In this document: positions 7,699-16,806 of the stretch, piece after piece
Position numbering within the stretch: position 1 is the first letter of the stretch
How the letters are laid out: each line of letters begins with the position of its first letter
From: Candidatus Thorarchaeota archaeon
GTDB taxonomy: Archaea; Asgardarchaeota; Thorarchaeia; Thorarchaeales; Thorarchaeaceae
Reading direction: 5' to 3'
Assembly (NCBI GenBank): GCA_048882485.1
Contig: JBHLRP010000052.1
Span: forward strand, 1-23,174
DNA length: 23,174 nt
Position numbers and translations under genes: made by a program
Notes under the pieces: model-generated
The model's input: the letters and a program-made list of their open reading frames with translations, nothing else
The model's database searches: none
Told to the model about the DNA's origin: nothing

Positions 7699-8085
7699 AT
7701 GACGAAGAAAATCAGCCCAAAGTCTCCAGGGAAGCAGAGAAGGCGCATCTACAAGTCGCCAATCCACTCACACAAGAAGATGTTGAAGTGTAGACTTGAC
7801 GAGTTCCTTAGGGAAGAATACGGTCTAAGGTCATTGGTCGTAAAGAAGGGCGACCTTGTTCGAGTTATGCGTGGCCAGTTTAGAGATACGGAGGGAAAGG
7901 TCGTGAGAGTGGACTATAATGCGGTTAGAGTCTATCTTGAGAGTGCTACAACGACCAAGGCCGATGGAAAGGAAGCTCAGATTCCTGTGCATCCCTCGAA
8001 TCTTATGCTTGTGAAGATTGAGCTCGATGATGACAGGAAGAGAATCATTGACAACAAATTAGTCAAAACAACGGAGAGTGATTAA
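7699..8085 (+). CDS. rpl24: 50S ribosomal protein uL24
   Basis: PGKQRR, KOW motif KKGDLVRVMRG, IPVHPSNLMLVK. Confidence 0.96.
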   Translation: MTKKISPKSPGKQRRRIYKSPIHSHKKMLKCRLDEFLREEYGLRSLVVKKGDLVRVMRGQFRDTEGKVVRVDYNAVRVYLESATTTKADGKEAQIPVHPSNLMLVKIELDDDRKRIIDNKLVKTTESD

Positions 8086-8838
8086 ATGGCAAGAAGAGGG
8101 CAGAAAAAGCACTTGAAACGATTGCCGGCACCAAGATATTGGCCAATCAAACGCAAGGAAGCCAAGTTCACAACTAGGCCAATTCCTGGACCACATCCAA
8201 GAGATCACAGCCTGACTCTCGCCATTGTACTCAGAGAGATGCTCGGCTATGCGGAAAACATGCGCGAAGTAAAAGCCATTCTGAATTCAGGCCAAGTTCG
8301 TGTCGATGGCCGGATACGAAAGGATCCCAGATATCCAATTGGAATGATGGATGTCCTTGAGATACAAGGCTCTGAAGAGAAGTTCCGACTGGTTCCAAAG
8401 AAGAATGGAGGGCTACGTCTTGTCTTAATCGATGACAAGGAAGCCAGCTTCAAACTCTGCAGAGTTGAGAAGAAGACGATGGTTCCAGGAGGACGACTCC
8501 AGATGACACTTCATGATGGCCGCAACCTCCTACTGCCATCTGGAGGCAAGCCTGCAGACTTCAACACCCTCGATACCATTCAGATATCTGTTCCGGACCA
8601 GAAGCATATGAAGACGATTCCAATGGAGAAAGGCGCCTATGCTGTTGTGAGCCAAGGAAAGAACGTTGGCATCGAAGGGAAGATTCTGGAGATAGAGAAA
8701 CGCTTTGGGACTCATGCCAGTACAGTGACGATTGAAGACGCTGAAGGAAATCGATTCCAGACTGCGCTTGAATACGTATTTGTTCTCGGCAAGAAAACAT
8801 CTGAGGTTAGGATGGACTCAGGAGGTGCATCCCAATGA
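8086..8838 (+). CDS. rps4e: 30S ribosomal protein eS4
   Basis: KHLKRLPAP, PGPHP, VDGRIRKDPRYPIGMMDV, LHDGRN. Confidence 0.97.
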   Translation: MARRGQKKHLKRLPAPRYWPIKRKEAKFTTRPIPGPHPRDHSLTLAIVLREMLGYAENMREVKAILNSGQVRVDGRIRKDPRYPIGMMDVLEIQGSEEKFRLVPKKNGGLRLVLIDDKEASFKLCRVEKKTMVPGGRLQMTLHDGRNLLLPSGGKPADFNTLDTIQISVPDQKHMKTIPMEKGAYAVVSQGKNVGIEGKILEIEKRFGTHASTVTIEDAEGNRFQTALEYVFVLGKKTSEVRMDSGGASQ

Positions 8839-9437
8839 GCACGACATCACACACAGCAGATAACGTGACCCCGAACGAACATCTCTTCCTTTCGGAATGG
8901 AAGGCATATCCAATGAAGGCCCCATTTGTGGCCAAAGTAGTAGTCGATATGTGTACAGGTGGAGGCGAGCCTCTCAATAGAGCTTCAGCAATCTTGGAGC
9001 AGCTCACAGGTCAAGCACCAGTGCAGTCTAGAGCTCGCCAGACTGTGCGTGACTTTGGAATTCGACGTAAGGAGCCGATCGCCGTGAGAGTAACGCTGCG
9101 GGACGAAAAGGCACACAAGTTCCTAGCCAGAGCCTTGGAGGCCAAGGAAAATGTGCTACTCATCAAAAACTGGGATGATGATGGCAATTTCGCATTTGGC
9201 ATCACTGAGCATATCGATATCCCTGATGTGAAGTATGACCCACAACTCGGCATTCAAGGAATGAACATAACAGTGTGCATAGAACGCCCCGGTTTCCGGG
9301 TGAAGAGACGACGACGACGTAGGACAAAGGTCCCGTATAGACACCGACTAACACCGGAAGAGAGCATGGTTTTCATCAAGAACACCTTTGGTGTTGAAAT
9401 CTTGGAGAAAGTCAGGGAGAGAACATACTTGTTCTGA
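8835..9437 (+). CDS. rpl5: 50S ribosomal protein uL5
   Basis: [49 protein letters not shown]. Confidence 0.97.
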   Translation: MSTTSHTADNVTPNEHLFLSEWKAYPMKAPFVAKVVVDMCTGGGEPLNRASAILEQLTGQAPVQSRARQTVRDFGIRRKEPIAVRVTLRDEKAHKFLARALEAKENVLLIKNWDDDGNFAFGITEHIDIPDVKYDPQLGIQGMNITVCIERPGFRVKRRRRRRTKVPYRHRLTPEESMVFIKNTFGVEILEKVRERTYLF

Positions 9438-9448
9438 GGGGAGCCATA

Positions 9449-9619
9449 ATGAGTACAAAGAAAGAACGCGTAAAGAGGCGCAAGAAAATGGGCAAAGGTA
9501 GTCGGAACTGTGTCCGTTGTGGCACCCACCAAGCAATAATCCGGTCATATGGGCTCAACATGTGCCGTCGGTGCTTTAGAGAAACAGCAGTGAAGCTGGG
9601 ATTCAGAAAGTATAGTTAA
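9449..9619 (+). CDS. rps14: 30S ribosomal protein uS14 (zinc-binding type)
   Basis: Below ORF-track cutoff. Manual translation [56 protein letters not shown]; two CxxC, GGGGAG SD, canonical position between rpl5 and rps8. Confidence 0.96.
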   Translation: MSTKKERVKRRKKMGKGSRNCVRCGTHQAIIRSYGLNMCRRCFRETAVKLGFRKYS

Positions 9620-9636
9620 TGGAGGCCAAATGAAAA

Positions 9637-10029
9637 ATGACACTACTAGACCCATTGGCTGATGCGATGTCAAGCATCTACAACAGTGAGATAGTTGGAA
9701 AGCCTGAGGTAATCATTCAACCGGCTTCCAGTCTTATAGAGAGAGTTCTGCAGGTAATGCAGACACAGGGATACATTGGCGAATTCGAACGCATAGATGA
9801 CGGGATGTCGGGCAGGTTTCGTATCCAGCTTATGGGACGGACAAACAAGTGTGGTGTGATAAAGCCACGATTTCCTGTCAAGCGCGATGGGTTCGAGAGA
9901 TTCGAGAAGAGATTCCTTCCAGCCTACAACTATGGCATATTGATTGTGACAACTCCACTTGGAGTCATGACTCACAGAGATGCCAAGACCCGTGGGATTG
10001 GTGGAAGACTACTAGCTTATGTGTATTAG
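9637..10029 (+). CDS. rps8: 30S ribosomal protein uS8
   Basis: [36 protein letters not shown]; GGAGG SD. Confidence 0.97.
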   Translation: MTLLDPLADAMSSIYNSEIVGKPEVIIQPASSLIERVLQVMQTQGYIGEFERIDDGMSGRFRIQLMGRTNKCGVIKPRFPVKRDGFERFEKRFLPAYNYGILIVTTPLGVMTHRDAKTRGIGGRLLAYVY

Positions 10030-10044
10030 AAGGAGGTCTGACAA

Positions 10045-10608
10045 ATGTCTTCAAGCTATGTCTACGAGAAGCGAATCGAAATACCTAGTGAATGTCAGGT
10101 CTCTCTCGATGGAAGGACTGCTACTGTCACAGGTCCAAAAGGTTCTCTGACCCGGTCATTTCCTAATCCGCAGGCTGATATCCGGATGGATGGCAATGAA
10201 GTAGTAGCTTCAACATCTATCAGCCGCAAGAGAACCAAGGCTCTTGTCGGCACAACAATTGCGCATATTCGCAACATGCTCATTGGAGTTCAATATGGAT
10301 ATGTATACGAGATGAAGATTGTCTATAGCCACTTTCCAATGTCTGTTGAGATACAAGGAAATCAAGTGCTAATTAAGAACTTCATTGGAGAAAGAGGCAT
10401 TCGTCGAGCAAGACTGATTGGAGATGTTGAAGTAAAGACCACAGAAGACGAGGTCATCATTAGTGGTATCGACATTGAAGCTGTCTCTCAGAGTGCGGCA
10501 AACATCCAGTTGGCAACAAAGATCCGAAACAAGGACAGACGTGTGTTCCTTGATGGTATCTATGTCATTAGGAAGAAGAAGGGCGAGGTTGTAAAGTCGA
10601 TTGTCTAA
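10045..10608 (+). CDS. rpl6: 50S ribosomal protein uL6
   Basis: VTGPKGSL, YSHFPM, KNFIGER, KDRRVFLDGIY. Confidence 0.97.
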   Translation: MSSSYVYEKRIEIPSECQVSLDGRTATVTGPKGSLTRSFPNPQADIRMDGNEVVASTSISRKRTKALVGTTIAHIRNMLIGVQYGYVYEMKIVYSHFPMSVEIQGNQVLIKNFIGERGIRRARLIGDVEVKTTEDEVIISGIDIEAVSQSAANIQLATKIRNKDRRVFLDGIYVIRKKKGEVVKSIV

Positions 10609-10621
10609 GGAGGAGCAAATC

Positions 10622-11449
10622 ATGTCGAAGAAACCTATACTCACAGATGTGCCCGGATTGGGTCCAAAGATGGAGGAGAAGTTGAAAGAGGCAGGAATCA
10701 AGACAGTCGCTAAGCTATCCAAGTCTGTGCCAGAGAAGTTGGCTGCGAAGGTGGATGGGCTCAGTGAAGCTGGAGCTGTCAAGCTTATCAAAGCTGCACA
10801 GAAGTTGGTTTCTCCACCCTCAAAGAAACCCAAGGCTGAGAAGCCGAAGAAGGAACCCAAAAAGCCTGCAGCTGAACCCAAGCCAAAGAAAGTGAAGAAG
10901 AAGAAGGCTGAGGAAGAGCTCAAACCGAAGAAACCCGCCAAAAAGGCGGCTAAGCCTAAGGTGAAGCCAAGGAAAAAGAAGAAGGAACCGAAGAGGGTTC
11001 TTCCTAGGGATGCGCTCATAGACCAGCGGCTGCTAAGAATCGCCAAGGAGAAGCGGAAGAAACAACCAAAGTTCAGGCATGAGCAAGCTCATCGTTGGAC
11101 ACGAGTCAGCGACTCATGGCGAAAAGTGAGAGGAATCGATAGCGCAACCAGAGAGAAGCGCAAAGGCCGTATCGCAATGGTTTCTGCAGGATATCGAAAG
11201 CCGAAAGCTGTCAGAGGTTTACATCCTTCGAGATTTGTTGAGGTCTATGTTCATAGACCCACAGATGTTGAGGGACTGGACCCGGACATTCATGCAATCC
11301 GTATCGGATCCACGGTTGGGCTCAGGAAGCGTCAAGAAATCATCAAGAAAGCTGATGCCATGGCTCTCAGGGTTCTGAATCCAGGAGCACCGGAGAGCAT
11401 TGGCGAAGAGGATCTCTTTACAGACCTCGATGACTTGGAGTTGGACTGA
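10622..11449 (+). CDS. rpl32e: 50S ribosomal protein eL32 with N-terminal helix-hairpin-helix domain and Lys-rich linker
   Basis: Core QPKFRHE...SWRKVRGIDS...GYRKPKAVRGLHPS; N-terminal LTDVPGLGPKMEEKLKEAGIKTV (HhH). ATG 10622 follows GGAGG and is preferred to TTG 10601. Confidence 0.95.
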   Translation: MSKKPILTDVPGLGPKMEEKLKEAGIKTVAKLSKSVPEKLAAKVDGLSEAGAVKLIKAAQKLVSPPSKKPKAEKPKKEPKKPAAEPKPKKVKKKKAEEELKPKKPAKKAAKPKVKPRKKKKEPKRVLPRDALIDQRLLRIAKEKRKKQPKFRHEQAHRWTRVSDSWRKVRGIDSATREKRKGRIAMVSAGYRKPKAVRGLHPSRFVEVYVHRPTDVEGLDPDIHAIRIGSTVGLRKRQEIIKKADAMALRVLNPGAPESIGEEDLFTDLDDLELD

Positions 11450-11451
11450 AG

Positions 11452-11904
11452 ATGAAACTCACTACACAGAAGAGACTTGCTGCTGAAGTCATGAAGGTTG
11501 GAGTGTCAAGGGTCTGGATAGACCCGGAGTTCGAGGACGAGGTCTCTCTAGCTATCACTAGAAATGACATCCGGCGATTGGTGGATGAAGGAGCTATTCA
11601 AAGGAAACAGAAGATCGGAGTAAGCAGAGGAAGAGCTCGTCACATTCTTCGTCAGAAGCGCAAGGGTCAAAGAAAAGGGCCAGGAAAACGAAAAGGCAAG
11701 CATACCTCGAAGCTGTCCAGCAAGGACCGTTGGATGATGAAGATACGCCCTATGCGAAAGGAGCTAAAGAAGCTAAGGGATGAGGGAAAAATCACAAGGA
11801 GAGTCTATCGTGATTTATATCTCAAAGCGAAGGGTAACGCGTTTAGGAACACTGCACACCTGCGTACCTATATTGCTGAACGTAAGTTGGGGGCGAAGAA
11901 ATAA
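11452..11904 (+). CDS. rpl19e: 50S ribosomal protein eL19
   Basis: QKRLAA, RVWIDP, AITRNDIRRL, GPGKRKG, LYLKAKGNAF. Confidence 0.97.
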   Translation: MKLTTQKRLAAEVMKVGVSRVWIDPEFEDEVSLAITRNDIRRLVDEGAIQRKQKIGVSRGRARHILRQKRKGQRKGPGKRKGKHTSKLSSKDRWMMKIRPMRKELKKLRDEGKITRRVYRDLYLKAKGNAFRNTAHLRTYIAERKLGAKK

Positions 11905-12668
11905 TGGGGCATGGTCCAACATACAAGGTCAAGTTTAGACGCCGCAGAGAAGGAAAGACAAACTATTACAGAAGAAGAAGGCTCCTGCAGTCCAGGGGAT
12001 CACGCCTTGTAGTCAGAAAGACAAACAACCGCGTGATTGTGCAAGTGATAGATGCGAAGGTAATCGGAGACAATACCATAGCCTCTGCAATATCTACTGA
12101 GCTAGGAGGATTTGGCTGGTCTGCGGGAGTAGCAAATCTGCCTGCAGCTTATCTGACTGGATTCCTTGCGGGACTCAGAGCAAAGGCACGCGGCATTGAC
12201 AAAGCGATTATGGATGTCGGATTACATCCACCTATTCGTGGTTCAAAGGTATATGCGGCCTTGAAAGGCGCAGTTGATGCAGGCTTGGAAGTGCCACACG
12301 ATCCTGAAGTGCTTCCAGACGAGTCTAGGACATCCGGAGAACACATTATTCAAGCCTATCAATATGTGACTGAAAAGAAGAAGGATAGCCATCACTTCGG
12401 TGTTGTGGGCGAAAAGAAGACAAACATCACTACAATACCAAAGCAGTTCGTTAAGGCTAAGAAAGCAATGCTAGAGATACCTAAGGCGGATCTCAAAAAG
12501 AAGAAGAAAAAGCCTGTAGCAAAGAAGGCCGCACCGAAGAAACCAGCAGCCAAAAAGGTGAAGAAGAAACCTGCTGAGAAGGCACCTCGTGCGGTACCTA
12601 GAAAGCCGAAACCCAAGAAGCTCGTGTCAAGAGGCAGGGGCAAAAAGAAGGGGAAGCGAAAGAAGTAG
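11904..12668 (+). CDS. rpl18: 50S ribosomal protein uL18 with Lys/Ala/Pro-rich C-terminal tail
   Basis: YKVKFRRRREGKTNY, RLVVRKTN, NLPAAYLTG, YAALKGAVDAGLEVPH. Confidence 0.97.
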   Translation: MGHGPTYKVKFRRRREGKTNYYRRRRLLQSRGSRLVVRKTNNRVIVQVIDAKVIGDNTIASAISTELGGFGWSAGVANLPAAYLTGFLAGLRAKARGIDKAIMDVGLHPPIRGSKVYAALKGAVDAGLEVPHDPEVLPDESRTSGEHIIQAYQYVTEKKKDSHHFGVVGEKKTNITTIPKQFVKAKKAMLEIPKADLKKKKKKPVAKKAAPKKPAAKKVKKKPAEKAPRAVPRKPKPKKLVSRGRGKKKGKRKK

Positions 12669-12681
12669 GAGATGAAAGGTG

Positions 12682-13368
12682 ATGAGTAGTAGTCGAAGAA
12701 GAAATCGAAGGCCTCCACGAAGACAAGAGGTCAATCCCCTTGATGATTGGGTTCCTAAGACCGCCTTAGGAAATCTAGTCAAAGAAGGCCACGTCAACAG
12801 CATAGAGGAGGTGTTCCAGAACAACTACATCATCCGTGAACCGGAGATTGTCGACATGTTGATTCCAGACCTCCGTCAAGAAGTTGTTGATGTCACAATG
12901 GTCCAGAGACAATCAGATAGCGGTCAGCAGAAGAGCTTTAGAATCACCGTAGTCGTAGGTAACGGCGAGGGAGTTATTGGCATTGGAATAGGTAAGGCTG
13001 CGGAATTCGTTCCAGCAGTTCGTGCGGCAGAAGCTAGGGCAAAATTGAATGCAACGGTCTTCCGTAGAGGTTGTGGCTCTTGGGAATGCAGGTGTCATGA
13101 TCCTCACAGCATCCCCTTCCAGACAAAAGGCGAGTCTGGATCTGTCAGCGTGACTCTCCGACCTGCACCCAAAGGAACGGGTCTTGTGACGGCAGATGTC
13201 GGCAAGATGGTCCTCAGAATTGCTGGGCTGAAGGATGTTTGGTCAATCACAAAGGGGCGAACTAGGACAGCATCAAACTTCGCAAAGGCGTACGTTGATG
13301 CCCTTACAGAAACATACAGAATGCTACCTCCTCAAGAGTGGGTAGCATCAGGAGTGGCTGAAGAATGA
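12682..13368 (+). CDS. rps5: 30S ribosomal protein uS5
   Basis: WVPKTALG, EPEIVD, RRGCGSWEC, PAPKGTGLV. Start ATG 12682 or GTG 12679. Confidence 0.96.
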   Translation: MSSSRRRNRRPPRRQEVNPLDDWVPKTALGNLVKEGHVNSIEEVFQNNYIIREPEIVDMLIPDLRQEVVDVTMVQRQSDSGQQKSFRITVVVGNGEGVIGIGIGKAAEFVPAVRAAEARAKLNATVFRRGCGSWECRCHDPHSIPFQTKGESGSVSVTLRPAPKGTGLVTADVGKMVLRIAGLKDVWSITKGRTRTASNFAKAYVDALTETYRMLPPQEWVASGVAEE

Positions 13369-13847
13369 GTTCAGAAGAGAAGGTCATTCTAGCGATACGG
13401 GTGAGAGGACAAGTCAGAGTACGACCTCAAATAGAAGACACTCTAGACAAGCTCTTGCTTGGCAGACTGCACCAAGCTAGAGTGTTGAAGCTCACGCCAA
13501 GCTTGCAAGGCATGATAACGAAGGCAAAAGACTACATCACATGGGGTGAGATTGACGAGGAAACCATCTTGGCTCTTCTCACGAAACGTAGCCGTCTGCC
13601 CGGAAACAAAAGGCTTAGTGAGGAATATCTAAGAAAGAACTCGAGCTACCGCACTTTCAAATCACTTGCCAAAGCCATAGTTGAAGGAAAAGCAAGTGTG
13701 AGCGATATTGAGGGTCTAAAACCTGTGTTTAGACTCACTCCGCCCCGCAAGGGCTTCAAGGGAAAGAAGAATCTCCCAGTTGGAATGGGTGGAATCACTG
13801 GATATCGTGGTGCCGAGATAAATCAGCTCGCAAGTAAGATGATCTGA
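13365..13847 (+). CDS. rpl30: 50S ribosomal protein uL30
   Basis: AIRVRG, KDYITWGE, KPVFRLTPPRKGF, GYRGAEIN. Confidence 0.96.
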   Translation: MSSEEKVILAIRVRGQVRVRPQIEDTLDKLLLGRLHQARVLKLTPSLQGMITKAKDYITWGEIDEETILALLTKRSRLPGNKRLSEEYLRKNSSYRTFKSLAKAIVEGKASVSDIEGLKPVFRLTPPRKGFKGKKNLPVGMGGITGYRGAEINQLASKMI

Positions 13848-13857
13848 GGTGAAATGG

Positions 13858-14400
13858 TTGAGTTGGGATGATGACCCGTTTGATGAGGATCCTCGAAAGA
13901 AATTGAGGAAGTGGTTTGGAGAGTTCCTCCCCGAGGAGATATTCGATCAGATTGATGAGATGATGCGCCGAATGATGGAGGAGATGGATGGGGGAACCCT
14001 ATTTGACATGGACTCCATCGAGGAGTTTATGAGGAAAAACCCCGAGGGAACCAATCCATTCACCTTTGGTTTCTCCATCCGTCCTGGTCCTGATGGAAGA
14101 CCAATTATCCAGAGGTTTGGAAATGCGCCGGATCCGGACGGTCATGGAATGACGCCTCAGCTCGAGCCATTGGTGGATGTCATTGAAGAGGATGGCGAAA
14201 TCATTGTGGTAGCTGAGCTACCTGGAGTTGAAAAGGACCAACTGAAAGTTCGGGTCAAGGGCAAGACCTTGACGATTGACGTGGACAATCCACAGAGGCC
14301 ATATCACAAGGAGATAAGCCTCCCGGCGAAAGTCCGTAAAGAAGAAGCAAAATCATCAATGAGGAATGGAGTCCTCGAAGTACGACTGAAGAAAGCTTAG
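13858..14400 (+). CDS. hsp20: Small heat-shock protein Hsp20 (alpha-crystallin domain)
   Basis: FTFGFSIRPGPDGRPIIQRFGN, EPLVDVIEEDGEIIVVAELPGVEK, AKSSMRNGVLEVRLKK. TTG 13858 follows GAGGTG SD and is preferred to GTG 13849. Confidence 0.93.
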   Translation: MSWDDDPFDEDPRKKLRKWFGEFLPEEIFDQIDEMMRRMMEEMDGGTLFDMDSIEEFMRKNPEGTNPFTFGFSIRPGPDGRPIIQRFGNAPDPDGHGMTPQLEPLVDVIEEDGEIIVVAELPGVEKDQLKVRVKGKTLTIDVDNPQRPYHKEISLPAKVRKEEAKSSMRNGVLEVRLKKA

Positions 14401-14414
14401 TGGAGAGAAGGATC

Positions 14415-14864
14415 ATGCAGAAACGAAAAGCCAAGAAGATTCAGAAAATGCGAGGACGCCGCGCAGCTGGCTATGGTTTTAGTGCTGGTCATCGAGCCTC
14501 GGGTCAAAGAGGCGGCAAGGGCATGGCAGGCTCCAAAAAGCATCATTACATCAAAGTAATGCAGGAGAATCCTCGTTACTTTGGGAAATGGGGCTTCAAG
14601 AGACCCCAGAAGCTCATCGAGGACATGGTGGCCCTCAATATAGGCGATATAGATGAGGCCCTTGACAGGCTCGTTGAACGTGGAGGAGCCACAAAGAAAG
14701 GCCGCAAATATACCGTGGATCTCTCAATCCTTGGTATAGACAAAATACTGGGCTCCGGCAAAGTGACTCGTGCAATTGATTTGGTTGGAGTGAAGGCAAT
14801 CTCTGCTCGAGCTCGAGAGAAGATCGAGGCGAATGGTGGTTCTGTCGACCTGCCTAGGGAGTAG
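14415..14864 (+). CDS. rpl15: 50S ribosomal protein uL15
   Basis: GQRGGKGMAGSKKHH, YFGKWGF, KILGSG, AREKIEANGG. Start ATG 14415 or GTG 14400. Confidence 0.96.
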   Translation: MQKRKAKKIQKMRGRRAAGYGFSAGHRASGQRGGKGMAGSKKHHYIKVMQENPRYFGKWGFKRPQKLIEDMVALNIGDIDEALDRLVERGGATKKGRKYTVDLSILGIDKILGSGKVTRAIDLVGVKAISARAREKIEANGGSVDLPRE

Positions 14865-14886
14865 CACGATTCAATCTCTCAGACCT

Positions 14887-15135
14887 TTATCGGGCAAGAT
14901 TCCGTATCTGTAATCCAACGTACAAAAGTGAGAGGCAAACCGCTACCAGTCCAAAAGCCACAGAAGTGGCAAGTGCAGCGTCGGGATTGTTTGTGCTGAT
15001 ATAGCCAAAATATCCTACAACGCATAGAAATGCACAAACTATAGCCATCGCTAGAAAGCCTTCCACTTCATCAACATCTTTATTCGGGCTAGACTCCATA
15101 TGCTCAGAAATTGGTTCTTCTCTATCGGAACTCAT
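14887..15135 (-). CDS. Small membrane protein (about 82 aa, two predicted TM helices)
   Basis: ATG 15135 preceded by GGAGG on -; acidic N-terminus, then hydrophobic FLAMAIVCAFLCVVGYFGYI and AALATSVAFGLVAVCLSLLYVGL. Confidence 0.65.
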   Translation of the reverse strand: MSSDREEPISEHMESSPNKDVDEVEGFLAMAIVCAFLCVVGYFGYISTNNPDAALATSVAFGLVAVCLSLLYVGLQIRNLAR

Positions 15136-15219
15136 GAACCTCCACAACAAGACCATTCGAAATTGGGAACAAAAATGGTTCTGATGGCCTGAAATGACGC
15201 ATACCAGCAAGACCCTAAG

Positions 15220-15227
15220 CTTTAAGT
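15220..15227 (+). promoter_or_regulatory. TATA-box candidate for secY
   Basis: CTTTAAGT about 50 nt upstream of the secY TTG; AGGAG SD before the start. Confidence 0.4.
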
Positions 15228-15272
15228 GGTGACCTCTAACTTTCGGTCGAAAAACCTGCAGGAGACGAAAAC

Positions 15273-16784
15273 TTGACGTCTACATTCCTAAGGGCATTAT
15301 CACCTTTTGTCCGGATAATGCCAGAAGTGAAGACTCCAGACCGAGAGGTATCGTTCAGAGAGAAGGCTGTCTGGACCATTGTAATCCTGATACTCTTCCT
15401 TCTAATGAGCCACATTCCTCTCTACGGAGTGGACAAGACAGTTGGAACTGACTATCTATGGGCATTGCGAGTCATCCTCGCAAGCACGCGTGGAACGCTG
15501 ATGGAGTTAGGAATTGGACCGATAGTCACTGCAGGACTGGTGATGCAGCTGCTCTCAGGGTCAAAAATCATCGATGTTGACTTTGGAGACCCAGATGACC
15601 GAGCCCTATTCACTGGTGGTCAGAAAGTCCTAGCTATGTTCATGACTGCGTTTCAGGCAATTGCTTACATCGTTGGTAACGCATATGGTGAACTAGCTCC
15701 TGAGGCTGCAGTGATTGTATTTATGCAGCTGTTCGTTGCAGGAATCGTTGTCATCCTCATGGACGAACTCGTCCAGAAGGGATGGGGGCTTGGCTCTGGT
15801 GTGTCACTGTTCATCATGACCAATGTTGCAGGCCAAGTGATGTTCAATGCATTGAACTTCATAGACGTCGAGGCCGTTGGACCAGATCCTCTTTCACCAG
15901 TGGGCACCAATCTGCCAAAAGGTATCATTGCAGCACTGATTGGGAATCTGCTGAGGTGGATAGGCATCGGTAGAGACGCTGGCGACCCTGTCGGATGGGA
16001 CTGGCTGATGTTCAGGCGTGGACTCACGCCAAGCATATTCACCCTTATCATTACAATAGTGATCATGTTGGCAGTCATCTGGATGGAAACTGTCAGAGTT
16101 GAGATTCCGCTCCAGTATGCCAAATATAGAGGCATGAAGGCGAGATATCCCATCAAGCTGCTCTATACTTCGAACATTCCAGTCATTCTGGCTCAAGCAC
16201 TATTTGCGAACATTCTTTTCTTCGGACAGATCATCTTCACCAATTTCAATTCGACTGGAACTAACCCGTTCCTGAATCTCATTGGTATCTTTGAACAAGA
16301 CCCAAGTAGTGCCAGAATGATAGCGACATACGGACTGAGTCGCTATGTGACGCCGCCTCAGGGACTGTTTGCACTCTTTGGCCCAGATGCGCCGCCGGAT
16401 GGATTGCTGCATGTCGCAATCTATTCCTTCTTGATGATCCTCCTTTGTTGGGGCTTCTCCAAGATATGGGTGGACATCTCAGGAATTGCCCCTCGTGATG
16501 TTTCTCGACAGCTCCTAAACTCGGGCTACATCGTACCCGGCTTCAGGAGAAGTGAAAAGGTCCTAGAGAGACTGCTTGAACGCTACATTCCTATCGTAGC
16601 TAGCTTGGGTGGGTTCCTTGTGGGAGTCCTCGCAGCAACTGCAGATGTCTTGGGAGCTCTGGCCAGCGGGACTGGTATCTTGCTAATGGTGTCAATCATC
16701 AAGCAGTATTACGAGCAAATAGCTAAGGAGCAATTGGCCCAAATGGGCGGCGAAGGAATCCAAGGATTGCTGGGAATCATTTGA
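15273..16784 (+). CDS. secY: Preprotein translocase subunit SecY (Sec61alpha homologue)
   Basis: GTLMELGIGPIVTAGLVMQLL, DELVQKGWGLGSGVSLFI, YPIKLLYTSNIPVIL, VPGFRR, SGTGILLMV; multiple TM segments. Confidence 0.98.
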   Translation: MTSTFLRALSPFVRIMPEVKTPDREVSFREKAVWTIVILILFLLMSHIPLYGVDKTVGTDYLWALRVILASTRGTLMELGIGPIVTAGLVMQLLSGSKIIDVDFGDPDDRALFTGGQKVLAMFMTAFQAIAYIVGNAYGELAPEAAVIVFMQLFVAGIVVILMDELVQKGWGLGSGVSLFIMTNVAGQVMFNALNFIDVEAVGPDPLSPVGTNLPKGIIAALIGNLLRWIGIGRDAGDPVGWDWLMFRRGLTPSIFTLIITIVIMLAVIWMETVRVEIPLQYAKYRGMKARYPIKLLYTSNIPVILAQALFANILFFGQIIFTNFNSTGTNPFLNLIGIFEQDPSSARMIATYGLSRYVTPPQGLFALFGPDAPPDGLLHVAIYSFLMILLCWGFSKIWVDISGIAPRDVSRQLLNSGYIVPGFRRSEKVLERLLERYIPIVASLGGFLVGVLAATADVLGALASGTGILLMVSIIKQYYEQIAKEQLAQMGGEGIQGLLGII

Positions 16785-16806
16785 GGGCTGGCACATTCAG
16801 CCCTCA
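16782..16806 (+). terminator. Perfect hairpin at the secY stop (terminator or 3'-stabilising stem)
   Basis: TGAGGGCTG 16782-90 / CAGCCCTCA 16798-806: 9-bp stem, 7-nt loop, followed by TCCGTCTTT. Confidence 0.5.

Noticed and set aside
9305-9325. Short (GAC/CGA)n triplet run in rpl5
   Set aside because: It encodes the poly-Arg stretch of the normally basic uL5 motif; not a repeat element.
5418-16412. Long antisense ORFs in the ribosomal cluster (e.g. 5637..6293, 10369..11046, 12392..12718, 15665..16156)
   Set aside because: Ser/Phe-rich mirror images of Glu/Lys-rich sense codons.
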